NCBI GenBank assembly: GCA_947478495.1
Contig: CANJVW010000001.1
Span: 62,658-126,657 of the forward strand
Reading direction: 5' to 3'
Source of the DNA: Legionellales bacterium
Lineage (GTDB): Bacteria > Pseudomonadota > Gammaproteobacteria > DSM-16500
Length of the DNA stretch: 64,000 nt
The translations under genes were made by a program, and so were the position numbers. Shown one piece after another: positions 30,801 to 43,229 of the stretch. Position 1 is the first letter of the stretch; each line of letters opens with the position of its first letter. Below the pieces are notes generated by a model. It did no database searches and had not been told where the DNA came from. It saw only the letters and a list, made by a program, of their open reading frames with translations.

Positions 30801-31954
30801 TGTAGCTTGCTAAAAATAAACGGCTTAAATAATTCAAGCGCCATCTTTTTGGGTAACCCACATTGATGTAATTTCAATGTTGGGCCCACCACAATCACTG
30901 AACGACCGGAGTAATCGACGCGCTTACCCAACAAATTCTGTCTGAAACGTCCCGCTTTACCCTTGATCATGTCTGCTAACGATTTCAGCGGACGCTTGTT
31001 AGCGCCCGTAATGGCGCGTCCTCGACGACCGTTATCTAATAACGCATCAACCGATTCCTGCAGCATGCGCTTTTCATTGCGTACAATAATGTCTGGTGCG
31101 TTCAAATCCACTAACCGCTTCAAACGGTTATTACGGTTGATCACTCGACGATATAAATCATTTAAATCCGATGTCGCAAAACGGCCGCCATCCAATGGAA
31201 CTAATGGACGCAAATCAGGTGGCAACACAGGAAGAACCGTTAACACCATCCATTCTGGCTTATTGCCGGATGAAATAAATGCTTCAACTAACTTCAAGCG
31301 CTTGGATAATTTTTTCAAACGCGCTTCAGACGCTGTAGTCGTCATGTCTTCGCGAATTTTAATGACTTCTTCTTCTAAATTAATGGCGCGCAATAATTCT
31401 TGAACGGCCTCAGCACCCATGCGCGCATCAAATTCATCGCCATACTCTTCAATCGCATCGTAATAGGCTTCTTCTGATAACAACTGACCGCGCTCAAGCT
31501 GGGTCATACCTGGATCAATGACAACAAACGCTTCAAAATAAAGAACGCGCTCAATATCGCGCAAGGTCATATCCAGCAACAAACCAATGCGAGATGGCAA
31601 AGAACGCAAAAACCAAATATGCGCGATAGGGCTCGCCAATTCAATATGTCCCATGCGATCCCGTCGAACTTTCGAGAAAGTGACTTCTACGCCGCACTTT
31701 TCACAGATAACACCTCGATGCTTTAATCGCTTGTACTTACCGCACAAACATTCATAGTCTTTGATTGGACCAAATATCTTGGCGCAGAACAACCCTTCTC
31801 GCTCCGGTTTAAAGGTGCGATAGTTGATGGTTTCAGGCTTCTTCACTTCACCATACGACCATGAACGAATGCGAGCAGGCGACGCCAACGAAATGGCAAT
31901 AGCACCGAAGTCATCGGTCTGTGTTTGCGTGACTAAATTTAATAAATCTTTCAA
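27827..31954 (-). CDS. rpoC: DNA-directed RNA polymerase beta' subunit
   Basis: MKDLLNL... N-terminus, NADFDGDQM catalytic motif, 1375 aa. Confidence 0.98.
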   Translation of the reverse strand: MKDLLNLVTQTQTDDFGAIAISLASPARIRSWSYGEVKKPETINYRTFKPEREGLFCAKIFGPIKDYECLCGKYKRLKHRGVICEKCGVEVTFSKVRRDRMGHIELASPIAHIWFLRSLPSRIGLLLDMTLRDIERVLYFEAFVVIDPGMTQLERGQLLSEEAYYDAIEEYGDEFDARMGAEAVQELLRAINLEEEVIKIREDMTTTASEARLKKLSKRLKLVEAFISSGNKPEWMVLTVLPVLPPDLRPLVPLDGGRFATSDLNDLYRRVINRNNRLKRLVDLNAPDIIVRNEKRMLQESVDALLDNGRRGRAITGANKRPLKSLADMIKGKAGRFRQNLLGKRVDYSGRSVIVVGPTLKLHQCGLPKKMALELFKPFIFSKLQIQGLASTIKAAKKMVDREDPAVWDILEGVIREHPVLLNRAPTLHRLGIQAFEPVLIEGKAIQLHPLVCTAYNADFDGDQMAVHVPLSLEAQLEARTLMMSTNNVLSPANGEPIIVPTKDVVLGLYYMTRARINARGEGMVFSSVSEVHRAYENDAVELQANVKVRIKEYLLDAATPGEFKENIRLVETTAGRALLSELLPKGMSYDTVNQVMNKHSISALINTCYREIGLKPTVIFADQLMYMGFHYATQSGMSIGVNDLVIPKEKASIITQAEEEVGKIQAQYSSGLVTQGERFNKVIDIWSRTNDQVAKAMMTELSHEMVKDAKGKTVKQESFNSIYMMADSGARGSAAQIRQLAGMRGLMAKPDGSIIETPITANFREGLNVLQYFNSTHGARKGLADTALKTANSGYLTRRLVDVAQDLVVTEKDCGTSQGITMIPLIEGGDVVEPLHERVLGRVTVQDVCDPETGRVVVPAGTLLDERGVSQLEEFSVDQVFVRSPITCESRYGICAACYGRDLARGHRVNIGEAIGVIAAQSIGEPGTQLTMRTFHIGGAASRSTAVNSVQVKLAGKIKLHNIKLIQHHSGTYIAVSRSGELAVVDEHGRERERYKIPYGAELTVSDGARTESGQMVATWDPHSHPVITEVGGYVKFVDLMEGVTMNRQTDEMTGLSSIVVTDPKQRGATGKELKPLIRFVDDKGKDIYLSGTEIPAQYFLPPDAVINMEDGARAKVGDVIARIPQETSKTRDITGGLPRVADLFEARRPKDPAILAETSGIVGFGKETKGKRRLMITGSDGAVHEDLIPKWRHVSVFEGEHVQKGEVIAEGSLNPHDILRLLGPNALTNFVVNEVQDVYRLQGVKINDKHIEVIIRQMLRKVVVAHPGDTSFLKGEQVEHAQVRDENILVQQAGKMPARIEQVLLGITKASLATESFISAASFQETTRVLTEAAVSGKKDELRGLKENVIVGRLVPAGTGLTYHADRLAKKHL

Positions 31955-31980
31955 GGTCGGCTCCCCTATCGTGCGTGTGT

Positions 31981-34900
31981 TTATTCCAGTTCCATATTAA
32001 TAGCGAGTGATCGAATTTCTTTGATCAACACATTGAAGGCTTCCGGCATATTGGATTCCATACAATGATCACCATCAACAATATTTTTATACATCTTCGT
32101 TCGACCGCTCACATCGTCTGATTTGACGGTTAACATTTCTTGCAATGTATAAGCTGCGCCGTATGCTTCAAGTGCCCACACTTCCATTTCACCAAAACGT
32201 TGGCCACCGAACTGCGCTTTGCCGCCGAGTGGTTGCTGCGTCACTAAGCTATAGGAACCGGTTGAACGAGCATGCATTTTGTCGTCGACCAAGTGGTTCA
32301 ACTTCATCATGTACATGTAACCCACGGTGATGGGTCGATCGAATGCACGGCCCGAACGACCATCGTAAAGAGTCGTCTGTCCACTGACCGGCAATCCCGC
32401 GAGTGTTAACATTCGTTTAATTTCGTCTTCGCTTGCACCATCAAATACAGGTGTTGCCATTGGCACGCCGGCACAGAGATTTTGGCTAAGATTCACTATG
32501 TCTTCATCAGACAAACCTGCGATATCTTCTTTTTTCTTTGCATTGGCATCATTGTAGATCGCGTTCAAGAAAGCACGCAGTTCTTTGGGCGATTGTTTTT
32601 GTCTTAGCATGGCTTCTATCTTAAAGCCCAAGCCTTTTGCCGCCCATCCAAGATGGGTTTCCAAGACTTGCCCCACGTTCATACGAGACGGAACGCCTAA
32701 TGGATTTAATACGATATCAACCGGCGTGCCATCTGCCATGTAAGGCATATCTTCAACTGCCACGATCGTCGATACCACGCCCTTGTTTCCGTGACGCCCT
32801 GCCATTTTGTCGCCGGGTTGAACGCGTCGCTTCACGGCCAAATAAACCTTCACAATTTTCAACACACCCGGTGCTAAATCATCACCCTGCGTGATCTTAT
32901 TGCGTTTGATATCAAAGGCCTTCTCGAATTGGATACGCTCTTGTTTGAACTGCTCTGTCGCCATCTCTAGTTGTTGCATTAAGGCGGCATCTTTCAATTC
33001 AATCTCAAACCACTTTTCCCTGTCAACGGTCGACAAATACTCTGCTGTGATTTTGCTGCCTTTCTTTAGTCTCTCAGGACCCTTATCTGCCACTTGTCCT
33101 AGCAATAATTTTTCGACGCGCTGCAGAATATCTTCTTCTCGGATACGCAACTCATCGCTCAAGTCTTGTTTCACGGTGCTAAGTTCGTTTTCTTCGATTT
33201 CCAGCACGCGCTTATCTTTTTCAACACCTTCCCGTGTAAAGACTTGAACGTCAATAACTGTTCCTTCCATGCCCGTTGGAACGCGAAGTGAAGAATCTTT
33301 TACGTCAGAGGCTTTTTCACCGAAAATAGCACGTAATAATTTTTCTTCCGGTGTTAATTGCGTTTCGCCTTTAGGCGTCACTTTACCGACCAAAATATCG
33401 CCTGACTGCACTTCTGCTCCAATGTAGACAATACCGCATTCATCTAATTTGGATAGAGCGCCTTCGCTCACATTCGGAATATCACCTGTCACTTCTTCGA
33501 TACCTAATTTGGTATCTCGGGCAATACAGGTCAACTCTTCGATATGAATACTAGTGAAGCGATCTTCTTTCACAACGCGCTCCGAGATCAAAATAGAATC
33601 TTCGAAGTTGTAGCCATTCCACGGCATGAAAGCGACCAATAAGTTTTGACCTAACGCCAATTCACCCCAATCGGTTGATTGACCATCTGCCAATATATCA
33701 CCGCGCTCAACGCGATTGCCTTTTTCAATTAAAGGACGTTGATTGATACAGGTGTCTTGGTTGGTACGTATATATTTCGTTAAATTATAGATATCAACAC
33801 CGGTTTTGCCGACTTCCGCTTCTGCATCATCCACACGAACCACAATGCGTGATCCATCCACGTAATCAACAATACCCGCGCGTTTTGCAACGGCCGTCAC
33901 ACCCGAATCTCTTGCAACTAAATGCTCTATACCTGTCCCAACCAACGGTTTCTCGGTTTTCAGGGTGGGCACTGCTTGGCGTTGCATGTTCGATCCCATC
34001 AATGCACGGTTTGCGTCATCATGTTCCAAGAAAGGAATCAAGGCAGCGGCAATCGACACAATTTGCTTGGGCGATACATCCATGAATTGCACTTTATCAG
34101 CGGTTGCAAGCGTTGATTCATTGCGATGCCGCACAGCAATCAGCGCATCTGTCAATTTACCCTTCGCATCTTGTGCTGCGCTCGCCTGCGCAATAACGTA
34201 GTCACCTTCTTCAATGGCAGAAAGGTAGATCACTGTATCAGTCACTTTTCCATCAACCACTTTGCGATAAGGGCTTTCCAAGAAACCGTATTCATTAGTG
34301 CGAGCGTATACCGCCAGTGAATTGATCAAGCCAATGTTGGGTCCTTCTGGCGTTTCAATCGGACAAACACGGCCATAATGTGTTGGATGCACGTCACGCA
34401 CTTCAAAGCTCGCGCGTTCGCGTGTTAAACCACCTGGCCCTAAGGCTGATACACGGCGCTTATGAGTGATTTCTGATAGCGGATTGTTTTGATCCATAAA
34501 TTGCGACAATTGGCTTGAACCAAAAAATTCTTTGATAGCCGCTGCAACCGGTTTCGCATTAATTAAATCCTGTGGCATGAGATTTTCTGATTCAGAGAGA
34601 TTGAGTCGCTCCTTCACAGCACGCTCAACCCGGACCAAGCCGACGCGGAATTGATTTTCCGTCATTTCGCCTACGCTTCGAACGCGACGATTGCCTAAAT
34701 GATCGATATCATCGACCGTACCCTCACCATTGCGAATAGCAATTAAGGTGGTCAGCACACTGAGAATATCCGCCTTATTCAATACACCTGGCCCTGTGAT
34801 TTCGGTGCGACCGACGCGACGATTAAACTTCATGCGTCCCACATCCGATAAATCATAACGCTCTGGCGTAAAGAACAGATTTTTAAATAATGTCTCTGCA

Positions 34901-36084
34901 GCATCCTTGGTCGGTGGCTCACCAGGGCGCATCATACGATAAATTTCAACTAACGCTTCCAAGGGACTGGTCGTCGAATCAACTCGCAGTGTATCGGAAA
35001 TATAAGCACCACGGTCGATGTCATTGGTATAAAGCGTTTCAAACTTTTTAACCTTAGCAGACATCAACAATTTAATAATATCGGGCGTAATCGCATCATT
35101 TGCATTCGCAATAATCTCGCCTGTTTGCGGATGAACGATCACTTTTGCCAACACTTTCCCTAATAAATACTCAGCAGGTACTTCTAATTTTTTAACGCCC
35201 GCTTTTTCAAGCTGTTGAATGTGACGCACCGTAATACGGCGCCCTTTTTCAACAATCACTTTGCCTGCTTTTTTAATTTCAAACGGCGCTATATCACCAC
35301 GCAACCGCTCCGGGATAAGATCCAAGCTAACTTCTTCATTTTGGATATGAAATACGTTATTTTCAAAAAACGTTTTCAAGATTTCTTCAATCGAGCAACC
35401 AAGCGCGCGCAATAAAACGGTGACCGGCAATTTACGTCGACGGTCAATACGAGCATAAACGCAATCTTTTGGATCAAATTCAAAATCAAGCCACGAACCA
35501 CGGTAAGGAATAACACGCGCAGAAAATAGTAATTTACCGGAGGAATGCGTTTTTCCGCGATCATGCTCAAAAAACACGCCAGGAGAACGATGTAACTGCG
35601 ACACAATAACACGCTCTGTGCCATTGATCACGAACGTACCATGATCCGTCATCAAGGGCAAATCGCCCATATAAACTTCTTGCTCTTTCACTTCTTTAAC
35701 AACTTTTGCGGCGGCCGAGGCTTCTTTATCAAAGTGCACTAAGCGCACTTTCACTCGCAGCGAAGAGGCGTAGGTCAGCCCACGCATTTTACATTCTTTC
35801 ACATCAAAAATAGGATCGCCTAAGCGATAGTTCACATAATGCAATTCGGAATAACTGGAAAAACTAATGATAGGGAAAACGGAGCTAAACGCCGCCTGTA
35901 ACCCAGAATTCAAACGCTTCTCAGGGTCTGTATCAGCCTGTAAAAATTTATAGTATGACTCTAATTGCAACCCCAGCAACTGAGGCGTCTCAATCGTACT
36001 TTGATGATTTCCGAAGGTTTTACGAATTCGTTGTTTTTTGGGACGTGTGCCTACTAAACCTCGCGCTAAACCCATACTTATCAC
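31981..36084 (-). CDS. rpoB: DNA-directed RNA polymerase beta subunit
   Basis: Rif-cluster region [49 protein letters not shown]. The start could be a few codons downstream (MGLARG...). Confidence 0.97.
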   Translation of the reverse strand: MISMGLARGLVGTRPKKQRIRKTFGNHQSTIETPQLLGLQLESYYKFLQADTDPEKRLNSGLQAAFSSVFPIISFSSYSELHYVNYRLGDPIFDVKECKMRGLTYASSLRVKVRLVHFDKEASAAAKVVKEVKEQEVYMGDLPLMTDHGTFVINGTERVIVSQLHRSPGVFFEHDRGKTHSSGKLLFSARVIPYRGSWLDFEFDPKDCVYARIDRRRKLPVTVLLRALGCSIEEILKTFFENNVFHIQNEEVSLDLIPERLRGDIAPFEIKKAGKVIVEKGRRITVRHIQQLEKAGVKKLEVPAEYLLGKVLAKVIVHPQTGEIIANANDAITPDIIKLLMSAKVKKFETLYTNDIDRGAYISDTLRVDSTTSPLEALVEIYRMMRPGEPPTKDAAETLFKNLFFTPERYDLSDVGRMKFNRRVGRTEITGPGVLNKADILSVLTTLIAIRNGEGTVDDIDHLGNRRVRSVGEMTENQFRVGLVRVERAVKERLNLSESENLMPQDLINAKPVAAAIKEFFGSSQLSQFMDQNNPLSEITHKRRVSALGPGGLTRERASFEVRDVHPTHYGRVCPIETPEGPNIGLINSLAVYARTNEYGFLESPYRKVVDGKVTDTVIYLSAIEEGDYVIAQASAAQDAKGKLTDALIAVRHRNESTLATADKVQFMDVSPKQIVSIAAALIPFLEHDDANRALMGSNMQRQAVPTLKTEKPLVGTGIEHLVARDSGVTAVAKRAGIVDYVDGSRIVVRVDDAEAEVGKTGVDIYNLTKYIRTNQDTCINQRPLIEKGNRVERGDILADGQSTDWGELALGQNLLVAFMPWNGYNFEDSILISERVVKEDRFTSIHIEELTCIARDTKLGIEEVTGDIPNVSEGALSKLDECGIVYIGAEVQSGDILVGKVTPKGETQLTPEEKLLRAIFGEKASDVKDSSLRVPTGMEGTVIDVQVFTREGVEKDKRVLEIEENELSTVKQDLSDELRIREEDILQRVEKLLLGQVADKGPERLKKGSKITAEYLSTVDREKWFEIELKDAALMQQLEMATEQFKQERIQFEKAFDIKRNKITQGDDLAPGVLKIVKVYLAVKRRVQPGDKMAGRHGNKGVVSTIVAVEDMPYMADGTPVDIVLNPLGVPSRMNVGQVLETHLGWAAKGLGFKIEAMLRQKQSPKELRAFLNAIYNDANAKKKEDIAGLSDEDIVNLSQNLCAGVPMATPVFDGASEDEIKRMLTLAGLPVSGQTTLYDGRSGRAFDRPITVGYMYMMKLNHLVDDKMHARSTGSYSLVTQQPLGGKAQFGGQRFGEMEVWALEAYGAAYTLQEMLTVKSDDVSGRTKMYKNIVDGDHCMESNMPEAFNVLIKEIRSLAINMELE

Positions 36085-36136
36085 CTCTGATAATCATCTA
36101 TAAAAGCTTTCTACTTCGTGTTGCAGCAATAAAAGG

Positions 36137-36175
36137 GTATGGTGGGCACCGCAAAAAGGGCTTTACCCACCCTAC
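36137..36175 (+). repeat. REP-1 single copy in the rplL-rpoB spacer
   Basis: gtatggtgggcaccgcaaaaagggctttacccaccctac, 10 nt beyond the rplL stop. Confidence 0.85.
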
Positions 36176-36185
36176 ATTTTTACTC

Positions 36186-36557
36186 TTACTTTATTTCAAC
36201 GCTTGCGCCTGCTTCTTCTAGCTGCTTCTTGATTTCAGCTGCTTGCACCTTGTTCACGCCTTCTTTTACAACAGTTGGGGCTGCTTCAACGAGATCTTTT
36301 GCTTCTTTCAAGCCAAGACCTGTGATCGTACGAATTGCCTTAATCACATTGATCTTGTTTTCGCCCGTCTTTGTCATCATGACGTTAAATTCAGTCTTCT
36401 CTTCAACTGCTTCAGCAGCAGCGGCAGGAGCGGCAACGGCAACGGCAGATGCAGCTGACACACCGAATTCTTCTTCCATCATTTTAATGAGCTCAACAAT
36501 TTCCATGACTGGCTTTTTTGCGATCGCTGACAAAATATCTTGGTTACTAATACTCAT
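36186..36557 (-). CDS. rplL: 50S ribosomal protein L7/L12
   Basis: Ala-rich hinge plus KIAVIKAVR-like [22 protein letters not shown]. Confidence 0.97.
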   Translation of the reverse strand: MSISNQDILSAIAKKPVMEIVELIKMMEEEFGVSAASAVAVAAPAAAAEAVEEKTEFNVMMTKTGENKINVIKAIRTITGLGLKEAKDLVEAAPTVVKEGVNKVQAAEIKKQLEEAGASVEIK

Positions 36558-36608
36558 GACTTTATATGCTCCACTTAATAGTTAAATAATTTAAATTGTT
36601 TATATTGT

Positions 36609-37136
36609 TTATCCTGCTAACTTCTGATCGCGCAATGCGGCGAATGTGCGCACTAACTTGGCATGAGGCGCAGCCAATGTACGAACAAACTTCTCAACAG
36701 GCGCTTTCATCACACCCATTAATTGTGCAATCGCTTCATCACGGGTCGGCAAGCTTGCTAGACGATCCAAATCGTTGGCCAAATAAAACTTTCCATCGAT
36801 AGATAAGGCTTTGACAGACAATTTTTCAAATTTCTTTGAAAACTCCTTCATCAAGCGCGCTGCGGCACCTGGATCCGACACCGAAAAAGCCAATACAAGC
36901 GGTCCCACCAACGCTTCATTCATGCAAGCAAATGAAGTGCCTTCAAAAGCACGACGCGCTAACGTATTGCGAACCACCTGAACGCGCACACCTGATCGTC
37001 TAGCTGATTGTCGTAAGTCCGTCATTTGAGCAACGGTCAGTCCGGCATAATTAGCTGCTACCACAGATATGGCTTTTTCAGCAATGCGGCTCACTTCAGC
37101 CACAATATTTTTTTTACCATCCAATCTTAAGGCCAC
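36609..37136 (-). CDS. rplJ: 50S ribosomal protein L10
   Basis: MALRLDGKKNIVAEV... N-terminus. Position between rplA and rplL. Confidence 0.95.
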   Translation of the reverse strand: MALRLDGKKNIVAEVSRIAEKAISVVAANYAGLTVAQMTDLRQSARRSGVRVQVVRNTLARRAFEGTSFACMNEALVGPLVLAFSVSDPGAAARLMKEFSKKFEKLSVKALSIDGKFYLANDLDRLASLPTRDEAIAQLMGVMKAPVEKFVRTLAAPHAKLVRTFAALRDQKLAG

Positions 37137-37327
37137 GCCTTTCTCCCTCGTTAATTAACAAACAGCAACGCCCGAAAGCATTACCACCATCTGCGTAGGT
37201 CAATTATCTTTTTTAAAGATAATAGATTAAGCGTTTCCGCACCGACGATCTTTGACAGGAATTGCTGTAGGGCCTGTCAAAACAGGCCCTTCCCTCAAAA
37301 CCTTACACAAAGTCTTTTTTAAAACAA
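37137..37327 (-). promoter_or_regulatory. rplJ 5' leader region (candidate L10 autoregulatory leader/promoter) with two hairpins
   Basis: 191-nt untranslated spacer in the position of the E. coli L10 leader. 9-bp hairpin agggcctgt/acaggccct (37269-37290) just after the rplA stop. AT-rich 9-bp hairpin attatcttt/aaagataat (37203-37223). No covariance check is possible here. Confidence 0.3.
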
Positions 37328-38011
37328 TTAAGCAACGGTTGACACATCAATCTGTAAGCCAGGGCCCATGGTGCTAGACACAGTTAACTTCTTTAAATAC
37401 ACACCTTTTGCGGAAGGAGGCTTTGCTTTTCGCAAGGCACCCATTAACGCTGTAATATTTTCAACTAATGCTTCCACGGAAAAACTTGCCTTTCCAACCA
37501 TGCACTGCACGATGCCTGCTTTATCCGTGCGGTAACGCGCTTGACCCGATTTAACATTTTTGACAGCCGACGCTACATCCATCGAAACCGTTCCGTCTTT
37601 TGGATTAGGCATCAACCCTCGGGGACCTAACACTTGGCCCAACTGACCCACAACGCGCATTGCATCAGGTGTTGCAATCACCACATCAAAATTCATTTCA
37701 CCTGCTTTCACTTTTTCAGCGAGATCCTCAAGCCCAACAATATCAGCGCCGGCTTTTAAAGCAGCATCCGCATTAGCGGCAGACGTAAACACAGCGACTC
37801 GAATCACTCGACCCGTTCCCGCTGGTAATACAACAGAACCACGGATCGCTTGATCCGACTTTCGTGAGTCCACACCTAAATTCACACTAATTTCAACACT
37901 TTCATCAAACTTGGCATTGGCCACGCTTTTCATGAATACCAATCCTTCGGTCAAAGGATACACTTTACCGGCTACCATTTTTTCTTTAATCGCGCGCAAT
38001 CGCTTAGACAT
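37328..38011 (-). CDS. rplA: 50S ribosomal protein L1
   Basis: Typical L1 sequence ([21 protein letters not shown]). Confidence 0.96.
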   Translation of the reverse strand: MSKRLRAIKEKMVAGKVYPLTEGLVFMKSVANAKFDESVEISVNLGVDSRKSDQAIRGSVVLPAGTGRVIRVAVFTSAANADAALKAGADIVGLEDLAEKVKAGEMNFDVVIATPDAMRVVGQLGQVLGPRGLMPNPKDGTVSMDVASAVKNVKSGQARYRTDKAGIVQCMVGKASFSVEALVENITALMGALRKAKPPSAKGVYLKKLTVSSTMGPGLQIDVSTVA

Positions 38012-38013
38012 GA

Positions 38014-38460
38014 TTACAATCCTCCTTCAACATCAACACCCATGCTGCGAGCACTGCCCGCCAACATGCTGACTGCAGCCTCGAGACTCGCGGCGTTTAA
38101 ATCAGGCATTTTAATTTTTGCAATCGCTTCAAGCTGTTTGCGTGTAATTTTTCCCACTTTATTCGAGTGGGGCGTGCTGCTTCCTTTCTCTAATTTGATC
38201 GCTTCTTTGATCAAGTAAGAGGCGGGAGGTGTTTTAATAATAAATGTAAAGCTACGATCTTCGTAGACTGTAATTTGAACAGGCAATGGTTTGCCTTGGC
38301 ATTCAGGTGTTTGTGTTTTTGCATTAAACGCTTTGCAAAAATCCATGATGTTAACGCCTTGCTGACCCAATGCAGGACCAACCGGCGGACTGGGATTGGC
38401 GGAACCTCCCGTCACTTGCAACTTCACTAGGGCTTTTACTTTCTTTCTTGATGCTGACAT
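38014..38460 (-). CDS. rplK: 50S ribosomal protein L11
   Basis: [36 protein letters not shown]. Confidence 0.97.
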   Translation of the reverse strand: MSASRKKVKALVKLQVTGGSANPSPPVGPALGQQGVNIMDFCKAFNAKTQTPECQGKPLPVQITVYEDRSFTFIIKTPPASYLIKEAIKLEKGSSTPHSNKVGKITRKQLEAIAKIKMPDLNAASLEAAVSMLAGSARSMGVDVEGGL

Positions 38461-38523
38461 TTTACTCTCCTATGGGTACAAACGCTTTTTAGAGCTCCCC
38501 TGTTAATACTCTTCTCTCATTTT

Positions 38524-38586
38524 CCCCCCTCCCCTTGTGGGAGAGAGGGTGACGCGCGTTTTATACGCGACGGGTGAGGGGAAGAG
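38524..38586. repeat. GC-rich imperfect inverted-repeat element in the nusG-rplK spacer
   Basis: cccccctccccttgtgggagagagggtgacgcgcgttttatacgcgacgggtgaggggaagag. CCCCTC and GAGGGG-type arms. Single copy in this window. Confidence 0.35.
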
Positions 38587-38604
38587 CTATCACCTATTAA
38601 TACA

Positions 38605-39156
38605 CTAACCCTTTTCCACCTGGTCAAACTGCAAATCAACCGGTGTTGAACGACCAAAAATCAATACAGCGACACGCAATCGATTTTTCTCGTAGTTCAC
38701 TTCTTCTACAACACCGTTAAAGTCAGCAAACGGTCCGTCAATAACGCGCACCACTTCGCCCATCTCAAAGAGAATTTTTGGCTTAGGCTTATCCGTGCTA
38801 TCTTGAACGCGTTGTAAAATAATATTCGCTTCTTTTTCTGTAATCGGAGCAGGTTTATCGCTGGTACCGCCAATAAAGCCAAGCACCTTGGGTGTTGAGC
38901 GAATCAAATGCCACGTTTGATCATTCATTTCCATCTCAATGAGCACATAACCAGGGAAAAATTTTCGTTCACTTTTTCTTTTTTGCCCTGCACGTAATTC
39001 AATCACTTCTTCTGTTGGAACTAAAATTTCGCCAAAAAAATGTTCGATACCTGCTTCGCGAATACGTTCAGACAAAGCTCGCTTCACATGATTTTCATAT
39101 CCAGAATACGCATGAACGACATACCAACGCTTTTTTTGTTCTACCTGATCCACCAT
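38605..39156 (-). CDS. nusG: transcription termination/antitermination factor NusG
   Basis: [19 protein letters not shown] start. KOW region [21 protein letters not shown]. Confidence 0.96.
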   Translation of the reverse strand: MVDQVEQKKRWYVVHAYSGYENHVKRALSERIREAGIEHFFGEILVPTEEVIELRAGQKRKSERKFFPGYVLIEMEMNDQTWHLIRSTPKVLGFIGGTSDKPAPITEKEANIILQRVQDSTDKPKPKILFEMGEVVRVIDGPFADFNGVVEEVNYEKNRLRVAVLIFGRSTPVDLQFDQVEKG

Positions 39157-39163
39157 TATCTAT

Positions 39164-39559
39164 TTATCCTCTTTGCCCGGTCAGAGAACCAATGAGCCAA
39201 ACGGAAGCACCGTCAATGCCCCATAAAATCAATGCCAACACAATAACCATAGCGACGACAAATAATGTCGTCTGCAGAGTTTCGCGATGTGTTGGCCACA
39301 CCACTTTCCGCAGCTCCATGCGCGATTCTACGGCAAAATGGTACGCTTTTTTCCCTTGAGACGTCTGCAGCAGGATCGCAGTCAGCACGCCCAATAGAAA
39401 AAGCCAAGCCAATAGACGCAAAGGCCAGGGCTGCCCATTATAATGATAATTCGCCAAGATACCAGAAAAAATTAAAAAAATGACTAATAGCCATTTCGCT
39501 TTATTGTATTTTACTTCTGAGACAACACCTTGCCGTCCTTCTATGGCCCCTTTCAACAC
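39164..39559 (-). CDS. secE: preprotein translocase subunit SecE
   Basis: Three-TM protein with conserved ELRKVVWPTHRETLQTT. Sits upstream of nusG. Confidence 0.9.
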   Translation of the reverse strand: MLKGAIEGRQGVVSEVKYNKAKWLLVIFLIFSGILANYHYNGQPWPLRLLAWLFLLGVLTAILLQTSQGKKAYHFAVESRMELRKVVWPTHRETLQTTLFVVAMVIVLALILWGIDGASVWLIGSLTGQRG

Positions 39560-39643
39560 ACTTCTATCCCCTTTCGAAAAGACTCACTGCCCAGGAGTTC
39601 CCGCTCTCATGAGCGCAAACTCCTTCCTTGATTTAGATGCTTC

Positions 39644-39700
39644 GCAAAAGTGCGACTTTTGCTTGCAGCCAAGGGGGAGGATCACGATTCTCCCCCTTGG
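39644..39700 (-). promoter_or_regulatory. two adjacent hairpins between tRNA-Trp and secE
   Basis: Perfect 11-bp stem ccaagggggag/ctcccccttgg (39669-39700, 10-nt loop) and 8-bp stem gcaaaagt/acttttgc (39644-39662). No U-tract follows either on the minus strand. Confidence 0.35.
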
Positions 39701-39748
39701 CAAACCCCCGTCGCGCATTGTCAGCAAAAATCGCTAACCGCATTTACA

Positions 39749-39824
<76 letters not shown>

Positions 39825-39873
39825 ATACTACTCTTTTCTCTGATTTACCCCATTTTCAAAGGGGGCGAATCAT

Positions 39874-41064
39874 TTATTCTATTACTTTCGCTACAACTCC
39901 AGCACCCACTGTACGTCCGCCTTCTCGAATAGCGAAGCGCAATCCTTCTTCCATTGCGATAGGGGCGATCAATGTGATGATCATGTTAATATTATCACCC
40001 GGCATTACCATCTCTACACCATCCGGTAACTGGCATTCACCCGTTACGTCTGTGGTTCGGAAGTAGAACTGAGGACGGTATCCTTTGAAGAATGGAGTAT
40101 GTCGTCCGCCTTCTTCTTTAGAGAGAATATACACTTCTGCTTCAAACTTCGTATGGGGCGAGATAGAGCCTGGGGCTGCTAATACTTGGCCTCTTTCCAC
40201 TTCTTCACGCTTTGTACCACGAAGCAATACGCCGACGTTATCGCCTGCGCGTCCTTCGTCTAGCAATTTACGAAACATTTCAACGCCGGTACAGGTTGTT
40301 TTGATCGTGGGCTTTAATCCGATGATTTCAAGATCGCCACCGACTTTAACAATACCACGCTCAACACGGCCTGTGACCACGGTTCCGCGACCTGAGATAG
40401 AGAACACATCTTCGATCGGTAATAGAAAGGGCTTGTCGATTTGTCTTTCAGGTTGTGGGAAATAATCATCCATTGCTTCGGCGAGCTTTAATACAGAAGG
40501 GACGCCGATGGGGCTAGTATCACCCTCTAGTGCTTTTAAGGCAGAACCAATCACGATCGGTGTCTTTTCGCCTGGGAAGTTATAGCTGGTGAGCAAGTCA
40601 CGAACTTCCATTTCCACTAAATCTAACAATTCTTGGTCATCGACCATATCGGCTTTGTTTAAATAAACAACGATATAAGGAACACCGACTTGGCGAGCCA
40701 ATAAGATATGTTCGCGTGTTTGTGGCATAGGGCCATCAGCAGCGGAGCAGACTAGAATAGCACCGTCCATTTGAGCGGCACCCGTAATCATGTTCTTGAC
40801 GTAATCAGCGTGTCCTGGGCAATCCACGTGAGCGTAGTGTCTTTTAGCTGAATCGTATTCAACGTGGGCTGTGGCGATCGTAATACCACGAGCGCGCTCT
40901 TCAGGGGCTTTATCAATTTGGTCATAGGCGAGCACTTCTCCGCCGTAGATGGCAGCAAGACACTTAGTGAGTGCGGCTGTTAACGTTGTTTTACCATGGT
41001 CAACGTGTCCTATCGTCCCCACATTGAGATGTGGCTTGTTTCGTTCAAATCGTGCTTTTCCCAT
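39874..41064 (-). CDS. tuf: elongation factor Tu
   Basis: [25 protein letters not shown]. 396 aa. Confidence 0.98.
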   Translation of the reverse strand: MGKARFERNKPHLNVGTIGHVDHGKTTLTAALTKCLAAIYGGEVLAYDQIDKAPEERARGITIATAHVEYDSAKRHYAHVDCPGHADYVKNMITGAAQMDGAILVCSAADGPMPQTREHILLARQVGVPYIVVYLNKADMVDDQELLDLVEMEVRDLLTSYNFPGEKTPIVIGSALKALEGDTSPIGVPSVLKLAEAMDDYFPQPERQIDKPFLLPIEDVFSISGRGTVVTGRVERGIVKVGGDLEIIGLKPTIKTTCTGVEMFRKLLDEGRAGDNVGVLLRGTKREEVERGQVLAAPGSISPHTKFEAEVYILSKEEGGRHTPFFKGYRPQFYFRTTDVTGECQLPDGVEMVMPGDNINMIITLIAPIAMEEGLRFAIREGGRTVGAGVVAKVIE

Positions 41065-41108
41065 GCTGTGCTCCTAAAATATTATAAAAAAACTTGTTAT
41101 TTACCAGC

Positions 41109-43229
41109 TTACTTCTTTTTTATGACTTGCTCCGCGATACTCATCGGTGCTTCGTTGTATTTCGCAAACTCCATGGTATATGTCGCACGACCCTGCGTCA
41201 TTGAGCGCAGATCCGTTGCATAACCAAACATTTCACCTAATGGCACTTCTGCATGAATAATTTTGCCAGAAGGACCATCATCCATTCCCTGCAACACACC
41301 GCGACGTCGGCTTAAATCGCCCATGATATCGCCCATGTATTCTTCCGCTGCAATCACTTCTACTTTCATAACAGGCTCTAACAAAACAGGACGAGCCTTC
41401 TTAGCCCCTTCTTTGAAAGCCATAGACCCTGCGATCTTAAATGCCATTTCATTCGAATCGACATCATGGTACGAACCATCAAATAAAGTGACTTTTACGT
41501 CAACGACTGGAAATCCTGCAATCACACCATTCTTTAATTGCTCTTGAATACCTTTATCTACAGCAGGAATGTACTCTCTAGGAATTGAACCGCCCACCAC
41601 CGCATTTTCAAACTCATAGCCTGTGCCGGCTTCTTTTGGTTCAAGACGAATCCAGACATGGCCGTACTGACCGCGACCACCGGACTGCTTAACATACTTT
41701 CCTTCTTGCTCAACCGTCCCTCTGATCGTTTCTCGATAAGCCACTTGTGGCTTGCCGACGTTAGCATCAACGCTGAATTCGCGCTTCATGCGATCAACAA
41801 TAATTTCAAGATGTAGCTCGCCCATCCCTTCAATAATGGTTTGGCCGGATTCTTCATCGGTGTGCACACGGAAAGAAGGATCTTCTTGAGCCAACTTACC
41901 TAACGCAAGACCCATTTTTTCTTGGTCTGCTTTTGTTTTTGGTTCAACTGCTACTGCAATCACAGGCTCAGGGAAAATCATTTTTTCCAATTGAATGACG
42001 TGATCTGTCGCACAAAGCGTATCGCCTGTTGACACCTTCTTCAACCCTACTGCTGCAGCAATATCACCTGCACAGACTTCTTTAATTTCCTGACGGGTGT
42101 TCGCATGCATCTGCAATAAACGGCCGATACGCTCTTCTTTGTCTTTCACTGGATTGTAAACCGTGTCACCAGACTTCAAGACGCCTGAGTAAACACGAAA
42201 ATACGTCAGCGTACCTACGTAAGGATCTGTTGCAATTTTAAAAGCTAATGCGGAAAACGGTTCGTTGTCGGCAGGATGCCTTTCTGCAAGCGTTTCTGCT
42301 GCATCGTTCAGGTGGCCTTTGATGGCGGGAACGTCTTTCGGGGAAGGGAGGTATTCAACGACAGCATCTAACATCGCTTGCACGCCTTTGTTTTTAAAGG
42401 CAGAGCCACATAACATCAAAATAATTTCATTTTTAATCGTACGAGCTCGCAATCCTTGCTTGATTTCCGCTTCCGTTAAATCACCTTCTTCCAAATACTT
42501 ATTCATTAATTCTTCAGACGCTTCAGCAGCCGCTTCAACCATCGTTTCGCGCCACTTTTTGCATTCTTCTAGCATAGAGGGGCTAATCTCACGCGCATCA
42601 TATGTCATGCCGAGATTCGCTTCATTCCAATAAATCGCTTTCATTCGAACTAAATCAATAACGCCTTCAAAATGTTCTTCTGCCCCAATCGGTAACTGAA
42701 TGGGAATAGGGTTAGCGGCCAATCGAGCACGCACTTGACCCACTACGCGCAAGAAATTAGCGCCAGCTCTATCCATTTTATTGACAAAGCCAATACGAGG
42801 AACGCCATAGCGATTCGCTTGACGCCAAACGGTTTCACTTTGAGGTTCAACGCCACCCACTGCACAAAACACAGCGCAGGCACCATCGAGCACGCGCAAT
42901 GAGCGCTCCACTTCAATGGTAAAATCAACGTGACCTGGAGTATCAATGATATTAATGCGATGCTGAGGAAATTGCTTGTCCATACCGTACCAAAAACAGG
43001 TGGTCGCAGCAGAAGTGATGGTAATGCCTCTTTCTTGCTCTTGCTCCATCCAGTCCATGACAGCGGCACCTTCGTGCACTTCGCCGATCTTGTGGGAAAC
43101 ACCCGTATAATAAAGGACTCGCTCTGTTGTTGTTGTTTTGCCTGCGTCAATATGTGCCATAATGCCAATATTTCGGTAGCGGTCGATTGGTGTTGTTCGT
43201 GCATTGCCCACAGTTTTTTCCTCTACCAA
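41109..43229 (-). CDS. fusA: elongation factor G
   Basis: [26 protein letters not shown]. 706 aa. Confidence 0.98.
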   Translation of the reverse strand: MVEEKTVGNARTTPIDRYRNIGIMAHIDAGKTTTTERVLYYTGVSHKIGEVHEGAAVMDWMEQEQERGITITSAATTCFWYGMDKQFPQHRINIIDTPGHVDFTIEVERSLRVLDGACAVFCAVGGVEPQSETVWRQANRYGVPRIGFVNKMDRAGANFLRVVGQVRARLAANPIPIQLPIGAEEHFEGVIDLVRMKAIYWNEANLGMTYDAREISPSMLEECKKWRETMVEAAAEASEELMNKYLEEGDLTEAEIKQGLRARTIKNEIILMLCGSAFKNKGVQAMLDAVVEYLPSPKDVPAIKGHLNDAAETLAERHPADNEPFSALAFKIATDPYVGTLTYFRVYSGVLKSGDTVYNPVKDKEERIGRLLQMHANTRQEIKEVCAGDIAAAVGLKKVSTGDTLCATDHVIQLEKMIFPEPVIAVAVEPKTKADQEKMGLALGKLAQEDPSFRVHTDEESGQTIIEGMGELHLEIIVDRMKREFSVDANVGKPQVAYRETIRGTVEQEGKYVKQSGGRGQYGHVWIRLEPKEAGTGYEFENAVVGGSIPREYIPAVDKGIQEQLKNGVIAGFPVVDVKVTLFDGSYHDVDSNEMAFKIAGSMAFKEGAKKARPVLLEPVMKVEVIAAEEYMGDIMGDLSRRRGVLQGMDDGPSGKIIHAEVPLGEMFGYATDLRSMTQGRATYTMEFAKYNEAPMSIAEQVIKKK

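Noticed and set aside
15054-36175. Recurrent approximately 36-nt palindromic repeats, considered as a possible CRISPR array.
   Set aside because: The copies are kilobases apart, occur in both orientations, are not separated by uniform unique spacers, and no cas genes are present.
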